Notes: generated by a model from the sequence alone, not told the origin. A stretch of 63,276 nucleotides of DNA, filler included, from Dimargaris cristalligena (GCA_003614675.1; 10 parts of 10 records of this genome joined end to end with filler, not necessarily neighbours in it); one strand, 5' to 3'; numbered from the whole stretch's first letter, positions 12,281 to 25,582 are shown. Made by a program: numbers and translations.

Positions 12281-12688
12281 TTAGGAAGTATTCTTAATTT
12301 GGAAAAGTGGTAAGCGCAGACCACGACTGTTATTAGGTGATCTAGCCGACAGGGAGTTGGAGACGGGTCGCACCGACTGAACCCGTTCTAAATCGCGGCT
12401 GTGGTGAATCTGGGAGGGTACTTCAGCGGGTGGGGACCAATAGTCGGGTCGTTCGTTTCTAGGGCCCTGGACCGGCTTAGCGGTGGCTACTGCCGATCGG
12501 GAAGCCGGTGCCGGTGTTGCTAAGGGAACGGGGGCAGAATGACCAGCCGTAGGCATAGTATTTGTAGTCATCGTATTACCGCGTCGACGACTGACCGAGT
12601 TACGGAACCGCCGACTACCATGCGAGGCCGGCGGAACCAACGGAGGATACAAAATCGAGGTCGTCGTCAACTCAGTCCTCACCCCGAT
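12281..12688 (-). CDS. C-terminal, disordered S/T/P/R-rich part of an unknown protein (5' end lost at contig edge)
   Basis: GC-rich frame open to the contig edge, followed by an AT-rich 3' UTR-like region. Confidence 0.55.
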   Translation of the reverse strand: MGVRTELTTTSILYPPLVPPASHGSRRFRNSVSRRRGNTMTTNTMPTAGHSAPVPLATPAPASRSAVATAKPVQGPRNERPDYWSPPAEVPSQIHHSRDLERVQSVRPVSNSLSARSPNNSRGLRLPLFQIKNTS

Positions 12689-12788
12689 NNNNNNNNNNNN
12701 NNNNNNNNNNNNNNNNNNNNNNNNNNNNNNNNTTAATTAATTAANNNNNNNNNNNNNNNNNNNNNNNNNNNNNNNNNNNNNNNNNNNN

Positions 12789-12991
12789 CTGGGATTGAAG
12801 GCGTCCCCGCTGAACATCACCAAGGCCGGCCCCGCCGCAGGGGTGTTCGGTGGTGGCTGGGTGCGAAGCTGGTTGACGAGGGTTACGAACCGGGCCGCTC
12901 CCCCGGCAGGTTCCTTTTGGTCGTGCCGGGCCTCAATGTGATACACGTCATTGAAATGAACCAGGGCGAGTTGGCTTGCGGTACTGCTCAT
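12789..12991 (-). CDS. 5'-nucleotidase-family calcineurin-like metallophosphoesterase, N-terminal fragment
   Basis: HFNDVYH, EPAGGAARF and FSGDAFNP match the N-terminal metal-binding motifs. Truncated at the contig edge. Confidence 0.88.
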
Positions 12992-14014
12992 GGCTGTCCT
13001 TTCTTTCACTGACACTATTCGTGGGCAAGCCGGATAAGATAGTTGAAAAGGTGAGGGAGAGGGAGTGAAAGAGAGAGATAGAAAGAAAGAGGGGGGTATA
13101 GACTCTACGGCATTATTCCTGGAAAATGGAAATAAAGGGCAGTAAAGCCAGCCAAGAGGCCCACAAGTCCTTGTTCATACTCTGGGAGGATCGCCCATTT
13201 GGCTGAGAAACATCAATTTCTGTCGTTACCTGAAAATACAGTGACGAGAGGAAATGTACTGAACAAAGGCGCTGGTTATTTATTGTTTGGAGATGGGGAG
13301 GGATATGCCAATGTATTGTTAGGCTGTTTTGGGCCAGAAAGTCCAGTTTTAGCTATCCTTGGCAGACTATGTGGCTCGCCTAATGGTTGGTGTTGCTTCA
13401 GGCGCAAGAGCCAAGTTGGTCGATTTTATTTTAGTGCATAATTGTAGGATCCAGATTCGAAGAGGTTGTAGGTATCATTTGTCGGTTTCGATCATTGCTA
13501 TTGGATTAACAGACGGAGTCCCTGAAGACCGGCCGAGTTATCCAGCCTGGTCAACAACCGGTCGCTTTCATTCCCCACCTACATCTAAATGGGTGGTTAA
13601 ACCTATGAATGTATCCCATCAGTGACCCAACAATGCCATACATTATTCATACAGGTGTTCCATTTTATTAAAAAAAGATGGTGGAATCGAACCGCCCGTG
13701 GCATCGTTTATTGATCGAGCTAAAAAGAATAAATGATAAAAATTCAACGACAATGGTTGCTATAGAGTAACTATGGCTATGGGTACACTTCGAATGAAAA
13801 GGAGATATCCGGAATTTACATAATCAACAAAGGATCTTGGTATCTAAAAATCACTAGATAAGACTACTATACTATACTATACTAAACTCCGGCCGTTATA
13901 GCCTCAATGATTATCGTAAATGAGTGCAGTACGTGATAAGGGCCCGGGATTTTTCTCCGTTTACCCTTGTACCGGACGCCTCCACAAGCCTTGTTGCACT
14001 TCACTCACCGTATT

Positions 14015-15175
14015 CTACGCACTAGGCTGGTTTGGATTAGCCCCATTGGAGTTCCCAGAAAAAACCTCAGGCTGGAACTGTATGGTCTGTCCACCGTTAG
14101 TAATAGGCCTTATAAGGGTATCCGTAATTTCGGGTGGCGGCACACCGTTTGTGCCATACCTATTATTGTGGCTGCCCTGGTTTGACCAGACCAAATTTTG
14201 ACCTGTAGGAGGGACAGCCGCAGTGCTGGTTTGCTGGGAGTTGTCGAGATACGCGGCTGGTTGATTGGTATCTAGGTTATAAGACCCGTTAGGAGGTTGC
14301 TGGTGCCCATTATTGTTAAAATTCGTATGGGGCTGGGGCTGTAATTGTTGGTTTCCCCCGTTGGTGTTCGGTTGGTAGTCGGTATATTGGTTTTGAGGCC
14401 CGTTAGGAGGCTGCTGGTACCCATTATTATTGAAATTCGTATGGGACTGGGGCTGTAATTGTTGGTTTCCCCCGTTGGTGTTCGGTTGGTATCCCATGGG
14501 TGGGTACGATGCATCATGCTGGGACATATACTGGGAAGCGGGGCCAGGTTGGTTGTTGATACCTTGGTTATGATACCCGGTAGGAGGCTGTTGGGATACA
14601 TTCGGGACATAAGGGGGGTGCGACGGGACCCAAGTTTGGGGAGTCCCTGCCTCTTGCCCATTGCCATGCACGTTGGTATTATCAGCGGCAGTGGACTGTT
14701 GTTGTTGTTGAGGACCGGGCTGGGAAGTGTCATTCGCCGTCTCCGGCTCCGGGTTAGGGTTGGAGTTGTTGGGCTTAGGCTGTTCGGTACTTGCGGTTAC
14801 ATAGTTGGCGCCCTTCGGGGTCGACGCAAATTTGGTCAGTGCCGAGTAAGTTTTGCTCCCCAATTTGCCAATAGATCCGTCGTAATTTCCTGGGGTATGG
14901 GACTGGCGTAGCTCGTTAAATCTATTATCATTATAGGTGAGTGCCTTTCGACGCCATGAGCGGTCATCATACATGATATTCTGATTAACATACTCTTGGG
15001 TGTTGTTGAACTTGGCGTCGCGAAAGCCGCTCTTAAAGTCGCTCGGCCAAGAAGTGAGGGAACGGCGGGCAAGGGTATGGGCACTTGTGAGATGGTCATT
15101 TATCTCTGTATGGCCCTGACCAGCCATAATGGCGGACACAACAAGGGCCCCATAAAGAGTCCGGCGATGCAACAT
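14015..15175 (-). CDS. Secreted protein (386 aa) with Q/N/P/G-rich low-complexity C-terminal half
   Basis: Long intronless ORF, hydrophobic N-terminus, LARR|S dibasic site, internal duplication with a 114-bp period. Confidence 0.85.
   Translation of the reverse strand: MLHRRTLYGALVVSAIMAGQGHTEINDHLTSAHTLARRSLTSWPSDFKSGFRDAKFNNTQEYVNQNIMYDDRSWRRKALTYNDNRFNELRQSHTPGNYDGSIGKLGSKTYSALTKFASTPKGANYVTASTEQPKPNNSNPNPEPETANDTSQPGPQQQQQSTAADNTNVHGNGQEAGTPQTWVPSHPPYVPNVSQQPPTGYHNQGINNQPGPASQYMSQHDASYPPMGYQPNTNGGNQQLQPQSHTNFNNNGYQQPPNGPQNQYTDYQPNTNGGNQQLQPQPHTNFNNNGHQQPPNGSYNLDTNQPAAYLDNSQQTSTAAVPPTGQNLVWSNQGSHNNRYGTNGVPPPEITDTLIRPITNGGQTIQFQPEVFSGNSNGANPNQPSA
14285..14491 (-). repeat. Intragenic tandem duplication (period 114 bp / 38 aa)
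   Basis: YQPNTNGGNQQLQPQ(S/P)HTNFNNNG(Y/H)QQPPNG occurs twice. Confidence 0.9.
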
Positions 15176-17478
15176 TTTCCGTAAAATAATGACGAAAAAA
15201 AAAGAGGGAGGATATAGGATGGCCTAGGGCTAGACTGGGTAGTTTAAACAACAATTAAAAGTATTCCGCAAAAATAGAGCCGCGAAACGGTTGAGAGGAA
15301 AATGCAGCGGGATACTACAGCCTTTAAATAATAGAATGGACTACACTCCCCCCACTTTCTTTATCGCAGTCAATGAGGCTGTTTTGTACTAAAACATATT
15401 TTTCCCAAAGGGCCTTATTAGTATATACGGGTAGGTTGGTAGGTGCTATCATCCACTTACTATTGAAAACCGGGTGTGCAGATAATATTAACTACATATG
15501 TAAATTTTACGGAACGACCGAGGCGACGTGGGTGGTTAGCAGGGGCTTTCGTAGTGTAAAGTTCGACAATGCGAGAGGGTGTCCCCTTTAGGAAGCGAAC
15601 TAATAACAACCCGTTGAGCCAAGGGAGGCTGCCTCCTAGTTATTGACCATAGGACAGGACCATGCCCTAGTTTGGTAGTGTGAAGGAGTCTAGGTCACCC
15701 CCCCCCCCCGCCTTTCCCCCTATCGCTAATGGGAATTCCAAAAATATAATCTACGATTCTACGCAGCCACTGTTTTCTCCACATGACTAGCGACCAATTG
15801 AGGCTTACGGCGGATAGGCGAATTATAAAACTGTATCGATATGGTTTTTGCACTCCCCTTCACTGTCGTTTGCTCCCATTGGGTGAATAAGTCGAGAGCC
15901 GTCTGCTAGTCAAGCGGTGGACGCTTGATAAACGCTTATCCGTTGGATAGAGGGAGGGACAACGAACAAGACCTATCATACGGGAGAGCCTCAGTCCAAC
16001 TGTATCAAGTTGAGGATCGGTGTATTAAAGTTCGCCGGAATGGCTAAACCTATCCCACCCACTTGTTTTTCCATGTACAGCTCTTTCAAAACCCCTATAC
16101 AACAACTGTATTGAATCTTACCCGTGTGCAAAATGCCTAAGTTTCAAATACACGACTATTAATAGCCAGCATCACACAAGATTCGAGAAGCTCAACTGGA
16201 CAGGCATTGTATGGCCATAGTTTATCTATGCCGACTATCAAGGTCCACAGCAGGCCGTTTGCAATGACTGGCCAAAAGTTGGCGTTTAAGCGGATTAATT
16301 CGGGACGAAGGGCAGTGGAGATCGGGCCTATTTGATTCAATTATAGTCAATCTTCACCACACGGTGGCCCGATTTGAGGGCTGTCTGGGAATGCCACAGG
16401 GCAGCTCCCTAGGTAAAAGGGCAGCTAGCACAGGGGAGCCATAAAACTGGAAAATACCAACGAGAGTCCGAGACAGATGGCATAGTCATCCAGGAAACTA
16501 ATTGAAGAAGCTGGGGCAATGCGGGAGTAGTGAGGTTCAGGACGACGGGCTTTGTCCCTATATCGTCGCCACTATTTTTGTACTAAATATAATTATATTG
16601 GGGACCATAGGGACGGCGTAGGCGTGAAAGACTACCGGATATGTGCCCACAAAGTGCGTCTTTTCAACAATGGGATGGTCACAAATAGGAAGCATCGGAT
16701 TGGTCAAAGAGTACCATGGGCCGGTTGGGGTTCCCTCTACAGCTAGGTAGTGCTGATAAAAAAAGCCTGGCTTGAGGGTTGAATGGCAGACCTTTAAAAT
16801 ATTATAGGAGCATTGCGAAGGGCGAAGGTGATGGTAAATACACTGACTAAGGCAATGGCACAACTAAAAGGCCAAATTTAAATGCCAAAGGAAACAGGAT
16901 TAATTAAAGAGTGTGTATGGTCCTGCACAACCAATCGAGAGAAAATATCAAAGATAGCAAGACGATTATGTTAAGGCGCAGGTGGAAATTGGGGAGTGGT
17001 AGGGGTGTGAAAAATTTCAATGCCACCCCAGTACCCGGAAAGCAACCAAACCTCGAAAAGATGAAAACATGCTAGCGTAGCAAAGTGCATTCGACAAAAA
17101 GAGCAACCGGCCACCAAATTTCAAGGTTCGGGGAGTTATTTGTCAGTTTTCGGCTATCTCTGTACAATACAAGTGTAAACTAAAGAGCTGGTATGTGAAG
17201 GCACATAGCAAAGTACTCGTAGAGAATTGCAACTGCGGTGTGGACGAGTTTTAAAAATTAATTATACCGAATTGCCCGCTTGAACTACCTGGGCCCAAAA
17301 GAATAAAGCAAGTACGGTTTGCTTATATGCTGGCTTCAGCAAGCAACCGGGAACTAGCCAAGAGTGTGGCTCAAAGCCTGAATATTAGTATTATCAATTA
17401 GTGAGTGATATGGTAGTACTGGTGTAGCACTGAGACTCACTGCCCCAATATAACCATGGACGGCATCCAAGAGTATAC

Positions 17479-17622
17479 ATATGCGTAAAATGTGGCCAAG
17501 CTGTATGGGGGTTTTAGATAATACGTGTATTGGAAAATAGGCAGATGATTCAGTTTTAGCCCGAAGTATTTGCCTCATTCAGCGGATTTTTTGTTGTATA
17601 GCCTGGCTGAACCTCCCCCAAA
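17479..17622. mobile_element. ~144-bp fold-back element, diverged copy
   Basis: Shares CAAGCTGTAT, TACGTGTATTGGAAAATAG and GGATTTTTTGTTGTATAGCCTGGCTGAAC blocks with 41040-41183. Confidence 0.6.
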
Positions 17623-19988
17623 CGCTTTGCATCGACGACAGCTATAATGTCAGTTTCTTGGATATTATGTAGCCTTAGAGGGAATGGATACCCTTTATCG
17701 CGATCAAAAACCGCCATTTTACATACTTCTCCATGAAACTATTCAGTATCGGTGATCCCCAAAGGAAATTTCCGAAGGCGGGCGTTGTTGCACATGGCCA
17801 CGCTAGATGTAACTGGTGTCCCCGCCGGATTTACCTTCTCATACTATTAGTTGGCTATTGGACGACTAAAGACGCAAATAGCTTAAATTCTTGTAATGAA
17901 CGGGGGGATGGATGGAACGAAGCGCCAGGAGGTCGTTTATTGAACCTACAGATAAATTTTGAACCATGTATACATTTAACTATTTTAGCCGTATACTATT
18001 ACCTGTCAGGTGATAGAGGCTTGGCTAGGGAATATATAGTAATTCTTGTATCATGGTTCCTCCACTGGTATTCCTGTCTTTTATTGTATAGTCTTGCTGA
18101 CTTGTATGGGCCTTCCTTGCACCCACCAGCCTCGCCCATTCGATAAACCAGTCATTTTCAAATAATTATTTTAAAGTCTGCGGTGGACTCTTCTGTTGGT
18201 ATTTTTTTATTAGGTGTTAAATGCCATAAAGGGCCTGTCGACTATCAATTGGGCTACCAAACCTCCCTTTAAGTGGCCCTATAGTTCGGGAGTTATGCTC
18301 TGATTTGCCAACCCCGACATTGCTACAGAGCCCAAATTATACATGTATTAAGAGACCAGGCGTTCCGGCTGAAGGTTGGCGACGAATATCCCCTATGCTA
18401 AGGGTACCGCATCCACTTATCGTATCCACCCACCTTGAGAGTCGTGGACTCAAGGGGTATACTTCTATTTTATAACGGCATGTCCGTACTATTCCTTAGG
18501 TTTCTATTCGCTAGTGGCCCCCACTCAGTGCCCGATTTAAGGGGGCGGCGCTTGAACCGGGCCCTTAGCTTGAAGGTCTAATTTGAGAGGAGATTGTAGG
18601 GCGAAACAGGTGCACAGCCAAAACGGCTCATTGTTTTGGCCGTCGCCGAAATTCCTCACCACTTAGTTCCGATCGATTGATTCATTTGCGGCTCCCTCCC
18701 CCCAATTTCCACCCCATAACCCATCGCATACATCTCATAGAATAATAGTTATTCGTGTAACGATTGTCCCGAAAGGCATACCTCTACGAACGAGAATTGT
18801 ATTGGGATTATTAACCAGTCCAACCATATATTCAACAGTGATGGATTACCGTTGGGGCAAAGTGAGAGCCTCGGGTTGTAGGCTGAGCTAAGATGTAAGC
18901 TCTGTAGATATTCAACATAAAGAACCTGTATGTTAATGTATACATACCAAAGAGATGAAGATTAGGGACAATGCATGTGTACTACCCGGGGCGTCCGGCC
19001 TATTGCCAGTGGCCTTCGGAATTCGCGTAGAGGCAACGGCCTCTTTATCAACCCAGCCAGAAGTCGCAGNNNNNNNNNNNNNNNNNNNNNNNNNNNNNNN
19101 NNNNNNNNNNNNNTTAATTAATTAANNNNNNNNNNNNNNNNNNNNNNNNNNNNNNNNNNNNNNNNNNNNACTAACATTGGTAAAGTTGGAAGGGCATGTC
19201 TAGCCATACATAAGAAAGTGCCAATGCAATATGCAAACTAATTTAACTATGAGAACGGGCCAGGAAAATTTGTGTGGCATTCCTAACCAATCGACTTAAC
19301 TGCCACGAAACGTGTCGGTAAAATAATAATGCCCATTTCAAATATAACAGGCCGCTCATTATATTTTTATTCCTTGAAATTAAACGGAACTATATGGGAA
19401 ATAGAATGGTGTTGATTTAATTGGTTTTCACTTTAATGTTTTCTCAACAGCAAATAGGTATTATTTTAATCAAATGTGGTAAAAAAGTGTTGCGGGTGGA
19501 TAGACAACATCATGTGTGGAAGAGCGTAGCGATCAATAAGATGTTGAATCGTGGCCAAATAATAGTTAACAGGTACATGCTACAAACAACCCTCACTTAG
19601 TAAATACTATTCCGAGTGTAGGGGTGGTGGTAGTATCAGCTTCACGTTAAGGTTGTAATAGGCGTATTTTTTTTTAAGGTGATACCCATTATTCTCAATC
19701 TAGCCTCAATTTATTAAAATAAAACTTGCTTAAGTGTTCGCGTGTAAAGTCCACAGCAAATATCCTCACTTAATCTCAAAGCTTCCTTACATTTAAAAAA
19801 CATATATGGGGCAAAACGCCGTTTGAGCCAAACAATCAATATATAAATCGATTGCAGGGTCATGTAGATAGAAAGGGTAGCGTGAACTGTTTACCAAGAG
19901 CGCCGAACAAAATAATAATAATGGTGTAATTATTTTATAAAAAGGCAGAAAGTGATTTTATAATTCAAAGTAATTAGGGCAATTCCTG

Positions 19989-21338
19989 TTAACGCTGCAA
20001 AGCCAAATCATCTTTAAAATCCTCCAGTGTTTTAGGAAAGCGTTCTTTCATATTATTTTTGATTCCTTCCAGGTCACCGAAATTGATCGGAAATTTACTA
20101 ATGCGTAGGTAAAGGGAGGGGTCAGTGGCGAGATCACGCAGACTTTCGCAGCGGTAACCCTTTTCGTCCGTCAAAAATTGAAGGGATATCACCTCATTTT
20201 GATCATCCCAAGCGAAGGCGACGACAAAATGGGACACGGGCGATTTTAAAAGATCGTTATAGGCCACGATGATTTTATCCAAGTTGGTAAATGACCCCTT
20301 ACTTTTTATTGCCGTAGGAGGGGCCGCTTGGAGCTTCTTCAGTAAATGATATTTATAGTGTCCGAGGGCATTGGCCACTGGACGGGTGTTCAACTGTGGG
20401 GGGGAATCGGTCACTATGATTGACGGTTGGCGGAATACCCAATTGGAAAGTTTTTCGCATCGCTCGACCACCTCGTCGATTGAAGAACCTTTCATAAGGA
20501 GCGCGACGTCTGGCCCCAAGTCGGCCGATGGAGGTAGTGGTAGTAGTGGCCTACTATTCTCCAGCCGGCCATTCATCCTGGCCTGGCCTGGTTGAAATCC
20601 GGAGGGCTGACTCGCCGAACCGTTGTCGACTGATGATCCCATTGGAACCTCGTGTGCGCCTAAATATCTAGCACTGGTCATAGTATAGTCGTAACCGCCT
20701 GTGGCCGAACCTTGGGATGTCGCCGTGGGGTTATTCGCCCCTTGGTTAGCGGCAAACCCTTCCCCCGCTTGATGGTGGGGTTCTAATAAATTCTGTAGAG
20801 CCTGGTATTGCCCAGGATTACGGCAGTCGATTGGCAATATGCCTACCTTTTGAAGGTAAGCCAAAGTAGCTAGCCATTTGGGATCATTAGGGTCAGGTTG
20901 ATCAGTTGCAGCTAACTCTGAGCCATCGCTAAGCGTTGCCCGAAGTTGTTCCAAAGTGAGTTCATTAGAGCTAGGGTGGCCACCGGTGCTGGCTAAAACT
21001 GGGCTACTGCGATCGTAGGGGGTAGTTTGTGGAATAACGGTAGCCGGGCGTTTGCCAACTCTCATTGTCCGGGTTCCTTGCCCATTCTGATAGTTAGAGT
21101 CAAGGTAGCTGGTGCCGGTAAATTCCGAGCCATCGAAAAGCATTGCTAGGATTTGGGGCCAATTTTGACGACCGCCTTCACTTTGGTCACCGGTAGTGGT
21201 GCCCTGCGGCTCGTTTAACGGGGAATAGTCGACGGAGTCACTGGGGGGTAGTGGAGTGCCCATGCTCAACAACGATAGGCTGCTGGCCATTAGGCATGCT
21301 ATCGCCCAGCCGGTTTTACTAACGATAATTTTGGCCAT
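19989..21338 (-). CDS. Secreted, effector-like protein of unknown function (449 aa)
   Basis: Intronless ORF with a signal peptide ending ..SMG|TPLP, a disordered middle and a globular-looking C-terminal ~160 aa. No domain recognised. Confidence 0.85.
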   Translation of the reverse strand: MAKIIVSKTGWAIACLMASSLSLLSMGTPLPPSDSVDYSPLNEPQGTTTGDQSEGGRQNWPQILAMLFDGSEFTGTSYLDSNYQNGQGTRTMRVGKRPATVIPQTTPYDRSSPVLASTGGHPSSNELTLEQLRATLSDGSELAATDQPDPNDPKWLATLAYLQKVGILPIDCRNPGQYQALQNLLEPHHQAGEGFAANQGANNPTATSQGSATGGYDYTMTSARYLGAHEVPMGSSVDNGSASQPSGFQPGQARMNGRLENSRPLLPLPPSADLGPDVALLMKGSSIDEVVERCEKLSNWVFRQPSIIVTDSPPQLNTRPVANALGHYKYHLLKKLQAAPPTAIKSKGSFTNLDKIIVAYNDLLKSPVSHFVVAFAWDDQNEVISLQFLTDEKGYRCESLRDLATDPSLYLRISKFPINFGDLEGIKNNMKERFPKTLEDFKDDLALQR

Positions 21339-24300
21339 TGCTTTTGGAGAGTGCAGCGGGTGATATTGGGTAGGGTGGAGATAATTGGAACGGAGGGTGA
21401 TATACTAATAATAAGCTGGTAAATACCGTTTAAAGTGTGACGAGGCTACTTAGCTATACGGCCGAGGCACAAAGGGAATGGACATGGCAACTAGAGTAGG
21501 TGGATAAGTTTTTTGGATAGAAAAGGGAGATTGCCCTAGCCTTATATTATAACTTAGTGGGCGTATAACATAAACACGACCTGGCCCGTAAAACCAATGC
21601 TCCATAGTGTCAATGTGATGTGGTTGCACGGCTCAAGGGACAGGGATCCAAATCGGCCAATGCGATATAGGGGATGTAAATACGAATAAATATAGCCAAT
21701 GGACATCAGCGAATAAACATGGCCAATGGACACAGGTGTATCAATATCGGCAGTCATCTCTCTCCATTTGGACAAGCCAAGTCTGCTTGGGAAGAGGTCC
21801 CAGGCGAAAAGGGACAACCGCAGTCAGCCCCAACTAGTTTTCTTTACCCAACAGCGTTTTTCAACTTCAATTATTAACTCCTAATATTCAATATGCCAGT
21901 CCTATCTAAATTTACATGGAGTTCGTATACACATTAGATACCTTGAGAGTAAAAGGTTTGGGACATTGGGTATATCACTCGGTGGGTATAGACAACTAGT
22001 CTCAAAATGCTCACCCCCTGTAGATCCACTACTATAGATAAATATACACATAGTTTTTGCGGTCTTGGGTTTCTCTAATACATAGCCCTAACCCGGCTAC
22101 CCCCCTGTCTATTACTCGAGACCCTTCCCAACTCCCCCGTTCCGATTCAAAGTCCCTTTTTACTGGATATATCATTTGATACCGGAGGGTTTTCCCGAAA
22201 CTTTTTTTTCTTTTATTGGCTATTCCACATCCGACTTTCTTTCAACGAACCCCCTTTATTGGAGCTAGGGAGTTGGCAAGCTAAAGCATCCCATCAGTTC
22301 AACATATGTATCTTGCATACACTATATCCGACTCAACCTCTTCTGTGCACGACCAACACCTTGTTATATTTTCATTTCGGGCAAATGGTCACTAATGAAT
22401 GTGGGAGAGTAAACACATACACAGCAATGTTGTCGGTAAATAAATTTTTGTGGGTCGGGAATTGTGCTAATATGGGCTGGCTAAGCTGCTGTATTTAATC
22501 TTGTACCTTTTGAATCTCATTGAACTTTCCGGGCCTATTGACTATTGCCCTCGCCCCTGTTAATTAGATTATTATTATATTTTGAGTGTACGTTGCCTTT
22601 AATTGTTAAGATTCCTGTAGAGTAATAAAATCGCCAATCATTCTGGCAGGCCAAACCCCATCTATGGACTTTCAATGAGGTTGTGTTTATAGGCGGTTTT
22701 AGTAAATTGTTGAATATCAAACGAGGCTTAGTTTTCAAACACAGTTTTGATTTGGAGGTTTTATTAATTATTTATTTTTTCAAAAAAATGTAATTTAGAT
22801 TCATGGGAAAACCCGCTCAGGAATACTCGGATTTGGTTATTCAAAGAGTGGATAAAACTGTTTTTAGAGTCAGGAGGCGACCAAAATACATTGGCGGGAC
22901 TTGGAATTTAATCTCGAAGGGTCTACAGGAGTATATTCGCCCAAACAAGTGTATCTTAACCATCGAAAGCCTTATTGGTGAAGTGGTTGTTCCACCTTAA
23001 TGGCTAAGGAACCAAATAGAAGGCGTGTCATTAAGTAGACGTGGGCGACAGTAAAACATGGTTCGATTAAGTATATAACAAGATAAATGATCAGCTCGGC
23101 CAAATTAGTGCAATATGCCATTTGGAAACTCGGGCGAGGCATGGGATAGAGAGTAAGAAGGTCAACCTAATGAGGCTATAAACCCCGACTACAAAAGGCT
23201 GATAATATGACAAGGAAAATTCTAGTAAAGATAGATCCAGTTAAATAACATATCTACTGTTTTGCTTCTGAAGTAGGGCCACGAATATGGATACAGTTAA
23301 GTGCATGATTGGAAATCCTATATGGGAATAGAGACATAACAGAGTGGGCGAGAATATTCGGGTGTAGTAATATACCAAGTACCAGCCGCTGGGATGGGTA
23401 CTATGGGCTAATGGCTGTCCAGCAACTGGACGTAAACGGAATGCACAGGCCTAAACTAAAATAAAAGTACCCTTCCCTTCGCTGAGGTTCGCATGCGTGG
23501 CCATAGGGTGCAACGATACTGAATATGGAAAATACACCTAGTGGGCCAAACCTCTTGGCTTTGTTGCCATAACCTTTCCCGCTTAAATGTTTTCACGGCC
23601 GAGGAATACTTCTCGGCTATCGGAGGGGAAGTTGCATAGCTGATGGAGTGAATCTGATACTCGTTACAGTATAGGGGGCCAAGTGCAAGTGTTGATAGAG
23701 TAATCGGTTTAATGAGAGGTAGAATGCCTTTTAGCTATCAAGCTCTAGTGGAGTACCTGTTAGGCTGGCCGGGTAGGGTTTTAGGACACTACAACAAGTT
23801 GTCGTATGATTAGACTGATATCGGAAAAAAGAGACCGGGCTGTTTCTAAAAGCAGATTACACTCCTACCATGGCTAGGCCTAGAGTCTCCACAGTTAAAT
23901 AGGGGTATCGGGATTCGCAACAACCAAATGACCCTTGGCCATCAGGCCAAATTATGTTCAGTTCAACAAAGCCGACCCTGGCCCCTAGTACATGAGGCGT
24001 GGAATCAAGCCGGAGAGGAATCGCCCCCATCTTGATGAGGAAGGGAAGGGTAAACCTATTTTTAGAATTCCACCGTCTATATAAATAGAATATAGGGCAT
24101 AGACTCGCTCTGATTGGGTTCATTGAAGTGGCTGACCAATATTTCATTTGCAATGTATTGTGGGTCTGTAATTGAGGGCCTTATCGTTCCCATGAGCTAT
24201 TATAGATTGTGGCAAAAATCCCTGGTTTCGTATGGAATGGGACAACCTCTCTCGATTATATCATAACAATTCTCTATCCGCAAAGTAGCGGAAACCCATT

Positions 24301-25323
24301 AATCCCAACCTAAGGATTACTTGGCGCGGACTTGGAATATCCCGCAGGTGTAGCAATAACATGTACGCTGGGGTGATGGACCGTGGTATCCCAGGACCCC
24401 CAGTCTATTTTTGGAACTCCGGCTGCGACTGCGACTCTTGCCCATACACCCTTACTTTCCAGGCCAGCACATGTGCATAAATTGGGACGCACATTAGTTG
24501 CACTTAAACCTGTCCGCCTGTAGGCTGCAAGAGACCACTGGCTTGTGGTGAATGGAGGCGGTGGAGGAGAGAGCACAGCCATCTAAAGTGGCTATTGTTC
24601 AAGTATAATACGCGTACTACTCGGGGATGCGGTGAAGTAGGAGGGAAATGGTATCGATCGTTTACCCGTTGGATGGTGTGGCTGCATGGCCAAGTCCCTA
24701 TTGTTTTGAATTTATTGAGCTGGGACGTTTTTGACCATTAGCATCAAAGCAATTGCCCGGATATTCCCACCGACAGTGGTACCTCGGCAAAAAAGTCCCA
24801 TGTGAAATCGATTAACAGTCGCCCTCGGGTTCCCAAGTTTTGCCAGGATTGGTCGCTAAAATTAGATTTCGACGGTCGCTAAACTAAGTCATACGCCCTT
24901 TGCTGCACCTGCCACCGTGAATAAGGGTGCGATGAAAGACCGAGTGAGTGATGAAACTGTTATCTAAGTTTTATCCCAGACCCCTAAAATAGTACGATGA
25001 AAATCCGATGAATTCTCATCGCCGACCAACATAAACGAATATTTACCGCCAATACGTAAGTAACGTATAAGTGAAACCCCGTGATCCAATAGGCCTGGTC
25101 TTATCCGCGGGTCTGTCCAAGGGTGTGTTTACGTCAAGACTTACTATTGTTCCCCCTATACACTCGCTACAAAGTTATTAATAATCTTATGGAAAATGTA
25201 AAAAGATAACCAAGTTAGTGGTGGCGCTTCGGCAATAGGGCAAATGTTCATCCGTAATAGTCTGCAGACGCTCATGGTCTCGGTGGCTAACATTAACTGG
25301 TAGGATCACAGGGGGGATGCCGG

Positions 25324-25427
25324 CATATAAAAGCCCGTGGCCGCTCCCTTCTCGTTTCACCATCATCAACATCATCATCATCACTTCCTCTCTCTCCCAA
25401 CAGCATTCACCTGTTAGCCTTACCCAT
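25324..25427 (+). promoter_or_regulatory. TATA box and 5' UTR of a gene cut off at the contig end
   Basis: CATATAAAAG followed by a (CAT)n/CT-rich leader, the same architecture as the peptide genes. The contig ends in ...CCCAT. Confidence 0.5.
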
Positions 25428-25527
25428 NNNNNNNNNNNNNNNNNNNNNNNNNNNNNNNNNNNNNNNNNNNNTTAATTAATTAANNNNNNNNNNNNNNNNN
25501 NNNNNNNNNNNNNNNNNNNNNNNNNNN

Positions 25528-25582
25528 TTACCTCATCAAATGGATTATTCGTTATACAGCCTGGATGAACTTCTGCCATATC
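25528..25582. mobile_element. Fold-back element, right half only (contig edge)
   Basis: AATGGATTATTCGTTATACAGCCTGGATGAACTTCTGCCATAT nearly matches 41141-41183. Confidence 0.65.

Noticed and set aside
14272-15184. Overlapping alternative ORFs (also 20371-20595, 29444-29872, 34000-34230, 37554-37902, 39445-40366)
   Set aside because: Shadow frames of real GC-rich coding genes, with no independent signals.
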